A stretch of 64,000 nucleotides of DNA from Meridianimarinicoccus sp. Its GTDB lineage: Bacteria > Pseudomonadota > Alphaproteobacteria > Rhodobacterales > Rhodobacteraceae. Numbering within the stretch: position 1 is the first letter of the stretch; every line of letters starts with the position of its first letter. Under the pieces are notes generated by a model that saw only the letters and a program-made list of their open reading frames with translations, was not told the origin of the DNA and did not search any database. The position numbers and the translations under genes are program-made. Location of the stretch: NCBI GenBank assembly GCA_044221805.1, contig JBGAOK010000001.1, forward strand, positions 19,030 through 83,029. The letters are read 5' to 3'. Below are positions 10,113-19,192 of this stretch, in pieces.

Positions 10113-10207
10113 AGGCGTCGTATCACCGGCTATGATTCTGAAAGCGTGCCAAGTTCGTGGCATCCGCGTATGAATCAGAATTCGACGAACATGCAGGCAG
10201 ACAAGAG

Positions 10208-11578
10208 ATGAGCACCCTACCCCCATCGATTGCGCTTCAACCGATCGACCCATCGGCAGCGCTGTCAACTGTGCCCGGCCGCGTCACGACGGACCGGTTC
10301 ACCATAGCCGCCGAGATCTGCATGCGCGCCCGGGACGACCTCGCGCGCCGTGGATACAAGCCGGATGGGCAGAAACACCTGCGCCGATTCGGTATCTGGG
10401 AGATTACCACCTTCATGCTCCCGGTCACCGCCCAGCACTTGCGGCGCGTGCTCAAGGCAAACCCCGATCTTCCTCAGGGCGAGGCCGACAAGCCGGGCGG
10501 TCCGCGATCCTTCGCACTGGACGAGGTGAACGCCATCCGCCGCTTTCTTGAAGCCGAAGGCCAGCAAGGCAAGGGATACCGCCCGTTCCGACCAGCGGGG
10601 CAGCCGGCCAAGATTGTGTCGGTCTGCAATTTCAAGGGCGGGGTTTCGAAGACCACCACGGGGGCGCACCTTGCCATGGCCGCGGCGCTGGACGGCTATC
10701 GCATCCTGGTCATCGACCTCGACAGCCAGGCATCGATGTCGACCATTTTCGGCGCAACGGCCGAGGATGAGTCCCAGACGGCCTATTCTATCCTTGCCCG
10801 TCACCGGGCTCGCCATGTGGCCAGGACCCTTGGAATCGACGACCCGTCGGATTCGCGTCTCGAGGACGAGATCCGCGATGCCATGGAGGTCTCGGCCGAT
10901 GACGTGATCTTCGGTACGCACTGGCCCACCATCGACATCCTTCCGGCGCAGTTGAACCTCTATTGGTCAGAGTTCCAGGTCCCGGTCTGGATGCAGACTC
11001 ACCGGTCCTGGCAGTTCTGGGATGCACTGAAGGCCTTCCTCGAAGATGAGGGCCTGCTGAACGACTACGACATCGTCCTGATCGATACCCCCCCTGCCCT
11101 CGGCTACCTGACGATCAACGCGCTGTCTGCGGCCGACATCCTGCTGATCCCGGTCGGCGCCTCGTTCATCGAATTCGACTCGACCGGGCGGTTCTTCGAC
11201 ATGCTCTACACCACTTTCGTGTCGATCGAGGACAGCATGGCGCGGGTATCCTCCGACGCGCCGAAGTTTTCCTGGGACGCAGTCCAGGTCCTGCTCACGC
11301 GCTATGACGACAGCCAGCAATCCGAGTTGGCAAACGTCATCCAAGTCTATCTCGACGATTTCGTGGCGCAGCATCGACAGGAATTCACGGCGTTGGTCGG
11401 GCAGGCGGGCGAGCGCGTCTCGGGGATCTATGAGGCCAACCATTCCGACTTCAACCGGGATACCTACCGGCGCGGACGCGAGACCTTCGACCTTTGCTAC
11501 CACGAGTTCAAGAAGCTGCTGATCGGCTGCTGGGAGCGGGACCGCGTCGTGGCGGCCAAGAAGGTGGAAGATGAATGA
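10208..11578 (+). CDS. parA: ParA family partitioning ATPase, type Ia with N-terminal extension
   Basis: Deviant Walker A NFKGGVSKTTT, IDLDSQAS, LIDTPPALGYLTINAL; long N-terminal HTH-like region. Confidence 0.92.
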   Translation: MSTLPPSIALQPIDPSAALSTVPGRVTTDRFTIAAEICMRARDDLARRGYKPDGQKHLRRFGIWEITTFMLPVTAQHLRRVLKANPDLPQGEADKPGGPRSFALDEVNAIRRFLEAEGQQGKGYRPFRPAGQPAKIVSVCNFKGGVSKTTTGAHLAMAAALDGYRILVIDLDSQASMSTIFGATAEDESQTAYSILARHRARHVARTLGIDDPSDSRLEDEIRDAMEVSADDVIFGTHWPTIDILPAQLNLYWSEFQVPVWMQTHRSWQFWDALKAFLEDEGLLNDYDIVLIDTPPALGYLTINALSAADILLIPVGASFIEFDSTGRFFDMLYTTFVSIEDSMARVSSDAPKFSWDAVQVLLTRYDDSQQSELANVIQVYLDDFVAQHRQEFTALVGQAGERVSGIYEANHSDFNRDTYRRGRETFDLCYHEFKKLLIGCWERDRVVAAKKVEDE

Positions 11579-12663
11579 CCAGGAAACGACTTGGGGCAAT
11601 CGACCGGGAGTCGATCAGCGAAGTTCGCGGGGCGGCCGAGGAGGCGGCACGCGATCGTCGCAGCGGGGCCACCCTGAAGGCGCCGCCGATTGCGCAGGTC
11701 GCCGGCGCGGCCGCGCGATCCATTGAAGACGAAATCCTGCGGCTGAGGCGCGAGAACGAGCACTTGCACGAGCAGGGCAGCGCCCTAGCCGATGCGGAAC
11801 GGGACGGCCTGCTGATCCGACTCATTCCGCTTGATGCAATCGATACCAACTTGCAGTCGCGGGATCGTCGGGTTCTCGATCGTGACTCCGAAGCCTGGCT
11901 CGAGCTGAAGGAGAGCCTTCGATCGCGCGGCCAGCAGGTGCCGATCGAAGTCATGGGCCCGGCGCGTGAAGGCGGAACCTATGGCCTGATCAGCGGGTAT
12001 CGCCGGCTGAGCGCCCTGCGGGACTTGCTGGCCGAGACCGGTGATGACCGGTTTGCCACCATCAAGGCCCTGGTGTCTCGCGCGCGAGACGGTGTCGACG
12101 CCATGGTGGCGATGATCGAGGAAAACGAGATCCGCCAGGGGGTCAGCTTCTACGAAAGGGGCCGGATTTGCTGCCTTGCGGCCGAGCAGGGGCTGTGCCC
12201 GAGCGTGGATGACGCCATCGAAGCCCTCTTTCCGAACTCAAGCCGGAACCGCCGCTACAAGATCCGGAACTTCACAGTGATCCACCAGCGCATCGGGGCC
12301 TATCTCGACTTTCCCGAGGCGATTGGCGAACGCCTTGGCGGGCGGCTCGCCCAGGCGCTGAAAGAGGGCAGGGAGCAAGAGCTTGTCGCAGTGCTGTCCG
12401 ATCGGGAGTCCAGGTTCCCGGATGCCGAGGCGGAGCTGCATCTGCTCGACGCCTTCATCGCCCGGACGCCCCCATTTGCGCCGGTGAGGAAGGCGTCTTC
12501 TGTCCGCGAGATCTTTGCCCGATGGGAGGGGCAGGGCGGTCTCAGGGCGAGTGCGAAGGCGAAGGGAGCGATCGTCACGCTCAGGCTCGACGGCCTTGCT
12601 GTCAAGACCGAGGCCGACCTTGCACGACTGCTTGAACGGATCGTCCACGCCGCTTCCGAATGA
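11575..12663 (+). CDS. parB: ParB family partitioning protein
   Basis: GQQVPIEV..YGLISGYRRL ParB motifs, MIEENEIR..SFYERG; ATGA overlap with parA. Confidence 0.9.
   Translation: MTRKRLGAIDRESISEVRGAAEEAARDRRSGATLKAPPIAQVAGAAARSIEDEILRLRRENEHLHEQGSALADAERDGLLIRLIPLDAIDTNLQSRDRRVLDRDSEAWLELKESLRSRGQQVPIEVMGPAREGGTYGLISGYRRLSALRDLLAETGDDRFATIKALVSRARDGVDAMVAMIEENEIRQGVSFYERGRICCLAAEQGLCPSVDDAIEALFPNSSRNRRYKIRNFTVIHQRIGAYLDFPEAIGERLGGRLAQALKEGREQELVAVLSDRESRFPDAEAELHLLDAFIARTPPFAPVRKASSVREIFARWEGQGGLRASAKAKGAIVTLRLDGLAVKTEADLARLLERIVHAASE
12075..12090. promoter_or_regulatory. Candidate parS palindrome 2 (inside parB)
   Basis: Perfect 16-bp palindrome GTCTCGCGCGCGAGAC. Confidence 0.55.
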
Positions 12664-12819
12664 CGGTTGTGGCCCTGTCCGCTCGGCAATCGCATCCGGA
12701 CAGGCCGCCTCCTTCGCGTCCGAGTGCGAGGCCTCGGCGACGTGCCATGCAGCAGGCCCATTCTGCACCGCAGATGCGGTAGAAGTGGCCGGGCAAAAAC
12801 GCCAAGGGATCAAGGGATG

Positions 12820-13085
12820 TAGGTCCCCGGGTGAGGTGGTCATCGGCGATCTTCCAGCAGGGTCTGGTTGCTGACACCAACCCGAAACGCAGATTCCGCA
12901 GTTGACCGCCGATATGATGAACTTGCGCGTCGTCGTCGAATCGACCCCTGCTGCCGACCTGCTGCCCGAGATGATCGGCTTCGCAGCCGAACGCTTGATG
13001 GAAATGTGGAGCGGCCCCGTCACGGACAGGGGCTACAGCGAGGAAGACTCGGCGCGTCTGGTCCGACGCAATGGATATCCGACCG
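12820..13085 (+). mobile_element. IS256 family transposase remnant (5' stub)
   Basis: DMMNLRVVVESTPAADLLPEMIGFAAERLMEM...RRNGY resembles the N-terminus of alphaproteobacterial IS256 transposases; similarity ends after RNGY. Confidence 0.75.
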
Positions 13086-13870
13086 GTCACTCGACACCCG
13101 CTGCGTTGGTGGCGTCCGCCTCCGATCAGGCCATGCACGTCATTTTCGCCGCGATCGACCCACCGGATCTATCGCGTCACGCTGAAACTTCAAAAAGATC
13201 TGCAGTATCGTCTCGGCGAGGCAGCGAAGGAAGTTGCCTCCAACGGTCTCTTGCAGCGCCTCTGTCTACGCTATTCAGTTGTCAGGCCCAGGGATGCCAA
13301 ACTCCACCTCGATGGCACCTCCGTGGATGCTGACGAAGAGCCGAAAAAAACACAACACGAAGACTGAGTAATCGGTCGGTTATTGATCCGTACGTGGGGC
13401 GGCACAATATGCGGGTAGTCGCGCAAATTCCTAGAATGACGCGAAAAAAGGTCCACCAGGAGCGGACTTCAGTAGGCCGTAGGCCGCAAGGCGGCCAGCT
13501 GTGGGGTGGGGCGGTCTGGTAGCGGTCTATGCTGAGCAACTAGCTGCTCTTCGTAGCGTAAGAGATGCAAATATCTGGAAAGTAAATTTTTTTCGGTACG
13601 CCGAAGCGCCACGTTGGGGGCTCCGGCAGCGCGCGGCCTAACCATCGCCGGCAGACCCGGGCACCGGGCCTCCGTTGTGGCGACAGCCGAGGTCGGGGTT
13701 GCGATCAGAGTCGGTGGCAGACCCGGTGTGCAAGCCCGGCCGGGACAGACTCGGACGATAGCCGCGGTGGCCAGGATTCGGCGCAGGCAAGCCAATTCCG
13801 GATGGCCGTCGCCTGGTACACGGGGTCTACGTCTCGCGGCAAGTTCCTGGATGGTCGACAGCCGTTCCGG

Positions 13871-13889
13871 ATTGGCAAATATTGCGAAT
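13871..13889. promoter_or_regulatory. Palindromic operator upstream of parD-like antitoxin
   Basis: ATTGGCAA-ATA-TTGCGAAT (one mismatched pair) 20 bp before the ATG at 13909. Confidence 0.5.
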
Positions 13890-13908
13890 TATCGATCAGA
13901 AGCTCCGC

Positions 13909-13988
13909 ATGGCCACCCGAAATGTCGTCCTCACGGACAGCCAGTCTGCCCTTGTCGGCCGGCTGGTGGCATCGGGACGATTGCAGAA
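13909..13988 (+). pseudogene. parD: Truncated ParD-family (ribbon-helix-helix) antitoxin
   Basis: MATRNVVLTDSQSALVGRLVASGRLQN resembles ParD-like N-termini; cut by the IS3 end at 13989; absent from ORF track. Confidence 0.7.
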
Positions 13989-14438
13989 TGAGCTTCCCCC
14001 CGAAGATCGGACAGTGACGGAAGCTACGATCTGACGTCTGCTGGTCTCCAAGGACGAGGAGATCGGAACATGTCGAAGCGCAGGAATCACAATCAGGGGT
14101 CGCAATTCACCCCTTCGCCTGGACCGACCGGCTGACGCGGGTCGGCAGCCGGATCTCGATGGACGGCAAGGGGGCGCTGCCTTGACAACATTTTCATCGA
14201 GCGCCTGTGGCGGTCGCTGAAGTATGAGTGCGTCTGTCTGCACGCCTGGGAAGCCGGGTCACAAGCCAAGTCCGGCATCGGGCGCTGGATCACATTCTAC
14301 AACCACCACCGCCCATACACTGCCCAAGGCGGACAACCATCCGCCGTGGCCTACTTCCGCCACACCGAAACCGACCAGCAGGTGCAGGCGGTAGCTTAAA
14401 TCAGCCCGAAATCTGTCCCGAGAGCGGGGAGTAGCTCA
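13989..14438 (+). mobile_element. Miniature internally deleted IS3-family element (450 bp)
   Basis: IRs TGAGCTTCCCCCCG..GGACAG / CTGTCC..CGGGGAGTAGCTCA (TG..CA ends); orfA start MSKRRNH joined to orfB C-terminus QGSQFT..DNIFIERLWRSLKYE. Confidence 0.85.
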
Positions 14439-14464
14439 CCCCCGGCGCCGGCCGGCAGGCGCGG

Positions 14465-15346
14465 TCATTCCGAACCGGCCGCCGCGGCCCGCAGCGTGTC
14501 GAGCCGCCGGGTCAGCCCGGCATGCAGGGCCTCGAGCACGGCCGAGACCAGCGGCCCCTCCTGTCGACGGCTCACGAGATAATAGGCCCTGAGGATGCGC
14601 ATTGCGGGCACCAGTCGCACCAGCCCTGGCGCCAGCGGGAAGGCGAAGTCGTGCAGCAGCCCGGCGGCCCGGCCGGAGCGGATCCACTGCCACTGCACCA
14701 TGACCGAACTGGACTTCAGCATCGGCTCGACGCTGCGGTACTCGGTCGGGATGTCGAGGCCGGGATCAAGCAGCAGCTCGGGTACGTAGCCGGTCAGCGG
14801 AAGGCCCTCGAGCCCGTCCGCGGCGGTGCGCCCGGCGAGCAGGCTTTCATGGGCAGCGAAGATCAGCGCGTAGTCGCCAAGTCGGCGCACCGCGGCCCGC
14901 TTGCCGGCGGGCGGTGCGACGGTGACGGCGATGTCGACCTCGCGGCGCTGGAGGTCGAAGGGCCGGCTTTGCGGGATGACTTCCAGACTGAGATCGGGAT
15001 GGGCGGTGGACAGGTCCGCGCAGACCTCGGGCAGAAGGAAATTGGCGCAGCCGTCAGGCGCGCCGATGCGGACCGCGCCGCGCAGCCGGGCCGAAGCCTG
15101 ACCGCTGTCGGCAAGCTCGAGGGTGACGGATTCCATGCGCTCGGCGCTGCGGATCAGCGCCTCGCCGGCATCGGTGGCGACGAAGCCCCGCGAGGACCGG
15201 GCGAACAGCACCGCCCCGAGCGCGGTTTCCAGCCGGGCGACGCGACGGCTGATCGTCGCCGGATCGAGCGCAAGCGCCTGGGCCGCATGGGTGACGCCGC
15301 CGTGGCGGGCGACCGCGAGAAAGATCCGGAGGTCGTCCCAGTTCAT
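14465..15346 (-). CDS. LysR family transcriptional regulator (divergent from mms operon)
   Basis: MNWDDLRIFLAVAR..TISRRVARLE LysR HTH. Confidence 0.92.
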   Translation of the reverse strand: MNWDDLRIFLAVARHGGVTHAAQALALDPATISRRVARLETALGAVLFARSSRGFVATDAGEALIRSAERMESVTLELADSGQASARLRGAVRIGAPDGCANFLLPEVCADLSTAHPDLSLEVIPQSRPFDLQRREVDIAVTVAPPAGKRAAVRRLGDYALIFAAHESLLAGRTAADGLEGLPLTGYVPELLLDPGLDIPTEYRSVEPMLKSSSVMVQWQWIRSGRAAGLLHDFAFPLAPGLVRLVPAMRILRAYYLVSRRQEGPLVSAVLEALHAGLTRRLDTLRAAAAGSE

Positions 15347-15447
15347 GGTCGGTGCCTTAATTTCTGCAAGGATACTTCTCTGACTTTGCTCTGGCGCCTC
15401 CAAAACTGCAAACCTATCGTAGCGGCAATCCAGGGGAGGACGCGACG

Positions 15448-16947
15448 TTGAAAGCTATCGGTCATTTCATCAATGGCACCATGGTGGCGGGGGCTTCGGG
15501 CCGCGAGGCCGATGTGTTCAACCCCGCCACCGGCGAGGTCCAGGCCCGGGTCGCGCTGGCCAGCCGCAACGAGATCGAGGCCGCGGTCGAGGCGGCGGCG
15601 CGGGTGCAACCGGCCTGGGCGGCCACCAATCCGCAGCGCCGCGCCCGCGTGCTGATGGAGTTCATCCGGCTGATCAACCGCGACATGGGCAAGCTGGCCG
15701 AAGCGCTGTCGAGCGAGCACGGCAAGACCCTGCCCGACGCCAAGGGCGACATCCAGCGCGGTCTCGAGGTGATCGAGTTCTGCCTCGGTGCGCCGCACCT
15801 GCTGAAGGGCGACTTCACCGACTCGGCCGGGCCGGGCATCGACCTCTATTCCATGCGCCAGCCCCTGGGCGTGGTGGCCGGCATCACGCCTTTCAACTTC
15901 CCGGCGATGATTCCGCTGTGGAAGCTCGGGCCGGCGTTGGCCGCGGGCAACGCCTTCGTGCTGAAGCCGTCCGAGCGGGCGCCTTCGGTTCCGCTGATGC
16001 TGGCGGCGCTGCTGACCGAGGCGGGGCTGCCGGGCGGCGTTCTGCAGGTGGTGAACGGCGACAAGGACGCGGTCGATGCGATCCTGGACAATCCGGCGAT
16101 CCAGGCCGTTGGCTTCGTCGGCTCGACGCCGATCGCCCAGTACATCTATTCCCGGGCGACCGCGAACGGGAAGCGGGCCCAGTGCTTCGGCGGCGCCAAG
16201 AACCACATGATCGTGATGCCCGACGCCGATCTCGACCAGGCCGCCGACGCGCTGGTCGGCGCGGGCTACGGCGCCGCGGGCGAACGCTGCATGGCGATCT
16301 CGGTCGCCGTCCCGGTGGGCGAGCAGACGGCGAATGCGCTGATCGAGAAGCTGGTGCCCCGCATCGAGAAGCTGAAGGTCGGGCCCTATACCTCGGGCGC
16401 CGACGTGGACTACGGGCCGGTGGTGACGGCCGCCGCGAAGCGATCGATCCTCGCAATGGTGGAGTCGGGGGTCGCCGCGGGCGCCGAGCTTGTGGTCGAT
16501 GGCCGCGACTTCAGCCTTCAGGGCTATGAGAACGGCTTCTTCGTCGGCCCGCATCTGTTCGACCGGGTCACGCCCGAAATGGAGATCTATCGCAAGGAGA
16601 TCTTCGGCCCGGTCCTGTCCACCGTCCGCGCCGGCAGCTATGAAGAGGCGCTGCGGCTTGCGATGAACCACGAATACGGCAACGGCACCGCGATCTTCAC
16701 ACGGGACGGCGACACTGCCCGGGACTTCGCCAACCGGGTGAATGTCGGCATGGTCGGGATCAACGTGCCGATCCCGGTGCCGCTGGCCTATCACACCTTC
16801 GGCGGCTGGAAGAAGTCGGGCTTCGGCGACCTGAACCAGCACGGCCCCGACGCCTTCCGCTTCTACACCCGGACCAAGACCGTCACGGCCCGCTGGCCGT
16901 CGGGCATCCGGGACGGCGGCGAGTTCGTCATCCCGGTGATGGAATGA
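15448..16947 (+). CDS. mmsA: CoA-acylating methylmalonate-semialdehyde dehydrogenase
   Basis: GITPFNFPAMIP, GAKNH, GAAGERCMA, EIFGPVL, GINVPIPVP; TTG start after GGAGG. Confidence 0.93.
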   Translation: MKAIGHFINGTMVAGASGREADVFNPATGEVQARVALASRNEIEAAVEAAARVQPAWAATNPQRRARVLMEFIRLINRDMGKLAEALSSEHGKTLPDAKGDIQRGLEVIEFCLGAPHLLKGDFTDSAGPGIDLYSMRQPLGVVAGITPFNFPAMIPLWKLGPALAAGNAFVLKPSERAPSVPLMLAALLTEAGLPGGVLQVVNGDKDAVDAILDNPAIQAVGFVGSTPIAQYIYSRATANGKRAQCFGGAKNHMIVMPDADLDQAADALVGAGYGAAGERCMAISVAVPVGEQTANALIEKLVPRIEKLKVGPYTSGADVDYGPVVTAAAKRSILAMVESGVAAGAELVVDGRDFSLQGYENGFFVGPHLFDRVTPEMEIYRKEIFGPVLSTVRAGSYEEALRLAMNHEYGNGTAIFTRDGDTARDFANRVNVGMVGINVPIPVPLAYHTFGGWKKSGFGDLNQHGPDAFRFYTRTKTVTARWPSGIRDGGEFVIPVME

Positions 16948-16981
16948 TCCTCTGCCCACGGCCGTAAGGGACAGACCTGCG

Positions 16982-18127
16982 ATGGATTACGCGCTCAGCG
17001 AGGAACAGGAGGCCATCTTCGGGATGGCCCGCGACTTTGGCGCCGGCGAGATCGCGCCCCATGCCCGCGACTGGGAGAAAGCCGGCACGATCCCCCGCGG
17101 GATCTGGAGCGCGCTGGCCGGGCTTGGCTTCGGCGGGGTCTATGTCTCGGAGGCCGCCGGCGGCACCGGGCTGTCGCGGCTGGATGCGACGCTGGTGTTC
17201 GAGGCGCTGGCGATGGCCTGTCCGTCGGTTGCGGCCTTCCTGTCGATCCACAACATGTGCGCCGGCATGATCGACCGCTATGGCTCGGACGCGCTCAAGG
17301 CGCGTTACCTGCCGGGCGCAGTGGCGATGGAGACGGTGTTGTCCTATTGCCTGACCGAGCCGGGCGCCGGATCGGACGCGGCGGCCCTGCGTACCCGCGC
17401 GGTGGTGGACGGCGAAGGCTATGTCCTGGACGGCACCAAGGCCTTCATCTCGGGCGGCGGCTATTCCGACGCCTATGTGGTGATGGCCCGCACCGGCGGC
17501 GACGGCGCCGCGGGGATATCGGCCTTCGTTCTGGACCGCGACACGCCGGGCCTGAGCTTCGGCGGGCTGGAGGACAAGATGGGCTGGAAGGCGCAGCCGA
17601 CGCGGCAGGTGCAGATGGACGCCTGCCGGGCGCCGGCGGCGAACCTTCTGGGCGAGACCGGCAAGGGTTTCCGCTATGCCATGGCCGGGCTTGACGGCGG
17701 GCGGCTGAACATCTCGGCCTGCTCGCTGGGCGGGGCGCAGGCCGCGCTGGACGCGACGCTGCGCTACATGACCGAGCGCCGCGCCTTCGGCCGCAGCCTG
17801 GCCGAGTTCCAGGCGCTGCAGTTCCGCGTCGCCGATCTGGAGATCGAGTTGCAGGCCGCCCGCACCTTCCTGCGCGAGGCGGCGTGGAAGCTGGACCGGG
17901 GCACAGCCGATGCCACCAAGGCCTGCGCCATGGCGAAGCGGCTGGTCACCGAGACGGCCTCGCGGGTGGCGGACCAGTGCCTGCAGCTGCACGGCGGCTA
18001 TGGCTATCTGGCCGACTACGGCATCGAGAAGATCGTCCGCGACCTGCGGGTGCACCAGATCCTTGAAGGCACCAACGAGATCATGCGCCTGATCGTGGCG
18101 CGCAGCCTGTTCGCGGAAAGGGCCTGA
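16982..18127 (+). CDS. Acyl-CoA dehydrogenase (isobutyryl-CoA dehydrogenase-like)
   Basis: SYCLTEPGAGSDAA, LQLHGGYGY, ILEGTNEIM; mms operon context. Confidence 0.9.
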   Translation: MDYALSEEQEAIFGMARDFGAGEIAPHARDWEKAGTIPRGIWSALAGLGFGGVYVSEAAGGTGLSRLDATLVFEALAMACPSVAAFLSIHNMCAGMIDRYGSDALKARYLPGAVAMETVLSYCLTEPGAGSDAAALRTRAVVDGEGYVLDGTKAFISGGGYSDAYVVMARTGGDGAAGISAFVLDRDTPGLSFGGLEDKMGWKAQPTRQVQMDACRAPAANLLGETGKGFRYAMAGLDGGRLNISACSLGGAQAALDATLRYMTERRAFGRSLAEFQALQFRVADLEIELQAARTFLREAAWKLDRGTADATKACAMAKRLVTETASRVADQCLQLHGGYGYLADYGIEKIVRDLRVHQILEGTNEIMRLIVARSLFAERA

Positions 18128-18130
18128 GCC

Positions 18131-19192
18131 ATGGCCGGATCGGCGACCGACGCGATCGTGATCCGGCGGGAGGGCAGGGTCGGGCGGGTGACGCTGAACC
18201 GGCCCGCCGCGCTGAATGCCCTGACCCATGGCATGTGCCTTGCGCTGGAGCGCGCTCTGGACGACTGGCGGACCGATACCGGGGTCGCGCTGGTGCTGGT
18301 CGACGCCGCGGGCGACAAGGCGTTCTGCGCCGGCGGCGACATTGCCGCCCTCTACCAGGCGGGAAGGGACGGCGATGTCGCCGCCCTGCGTCGCTTCTGG
18401 CGCGACGAATACCGGCTGAACGCCAGTCTGGCGGAATACCCCAAGCCGGTGGTCAGCCTGATGCAGGGGTTTGTCATGGGCGGCGGCGTCGGGGTCGGCG
18501 CCCAGGTGCGCCACCGCATCGTCTGCGAGACGACCCGGCTGGCGATGCCGGAATGCGGCATCGGTCTGGTCCCGGACGTGGGCGCGACGCGGATCCTCGT
18601 GGCGGCGCCGGGCCGGCTGGGCCGGTATGTGGCGGCGACGGGCGCGCGCCTGGGGCCGGCGGACGCGATCCGCGCCGGCTTTGCCGATGGCTTCGTGCCG
18701 AAGGACCGCTGGCCCGAGCTGGCCGCGGCGCTGGTCGCGACAGGCGATCCCGGCGCAATCGCGGCGATGGCGGGGGATCCGGGACCGGCCGGGCTGGCAG
18801 CGCAGCAGGACCTGATCGACGCCGCCTTCGCCGGCAGCGACGTGGCCGCGATCCTTGCCCGCCTCGACGCGGCAGAGGGCGATTTCGCCCGGGACACCGC
18901 CCAGGCGATGCGGCGGGCCAGCCCGCTGTCGCTGGCCTGCGCCCTGGCGCTTCTGGACCTTTACCGGGGCGGGGGCATCCGCGAGGCGCTGGAGCTTGAA
19001 TTCCGCTTCACCTGGCGCAGTCTCGACGGGTCGGACTTTCTCGAGGGCGTCCGGGCGCAGATCATCGACCGCGACCGGATGCCCCGCTGGCGCCACGCGG
19101 GCACGGACCCGACACAAGGCGAGGTGGCGGCGATGCTGGCGCCGCTCGCCGCCGATACGCTTCAGTTCGGAACGGAAGGAGAAACGCCATGA
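18131..19192 (+). CDS. 3-hydroxyisobutyryl-CoA hydrolase (crotonase family)
   Basis: LNRPAALNAL, AFCAGGDI, GFVMGGG, AMPECGIGLVPDVG, DFLEGVRAQIIDRD. Confidence 0.88.
   Translation: MAGSATDAIVIRREGRVGRVTLNRPAALNALTHGMCLALERALDDWRTDTGVALVLVDAAGDKAFCAGGDIAALYQAGRDGDVAALRRFWRDEYRLNASLAEYPKPVVSLMQGFVMGGGVGVGAQVRHRIVCETTRLAMPECGIGLVPDVGATRILVAAPGRLGRYVAATGARLGPADAIRAGFADGFVPKDRWPELAAALVATGDPGAIAAMAGDPGPAGLAAQQDLIDAAFAGSDVAAILARLDAAEGDFARDTAQAMRRASPLSLACALALLDLYRGGGIREALELEFRFTWRSLDGSDFLEGVRAQIIDRDRMPRWRHAGTDPTQGEVAAMLAPLAADTLQFGTEGETP

Noticed and set aside
13620-13865. Possible recombinase C-terminal relic and short GGCAGACCCGG repeat
   Set aside because: Motif-like peptides (STIQELAA, LDGRQP) lie on opposite strands and are too short to support a call
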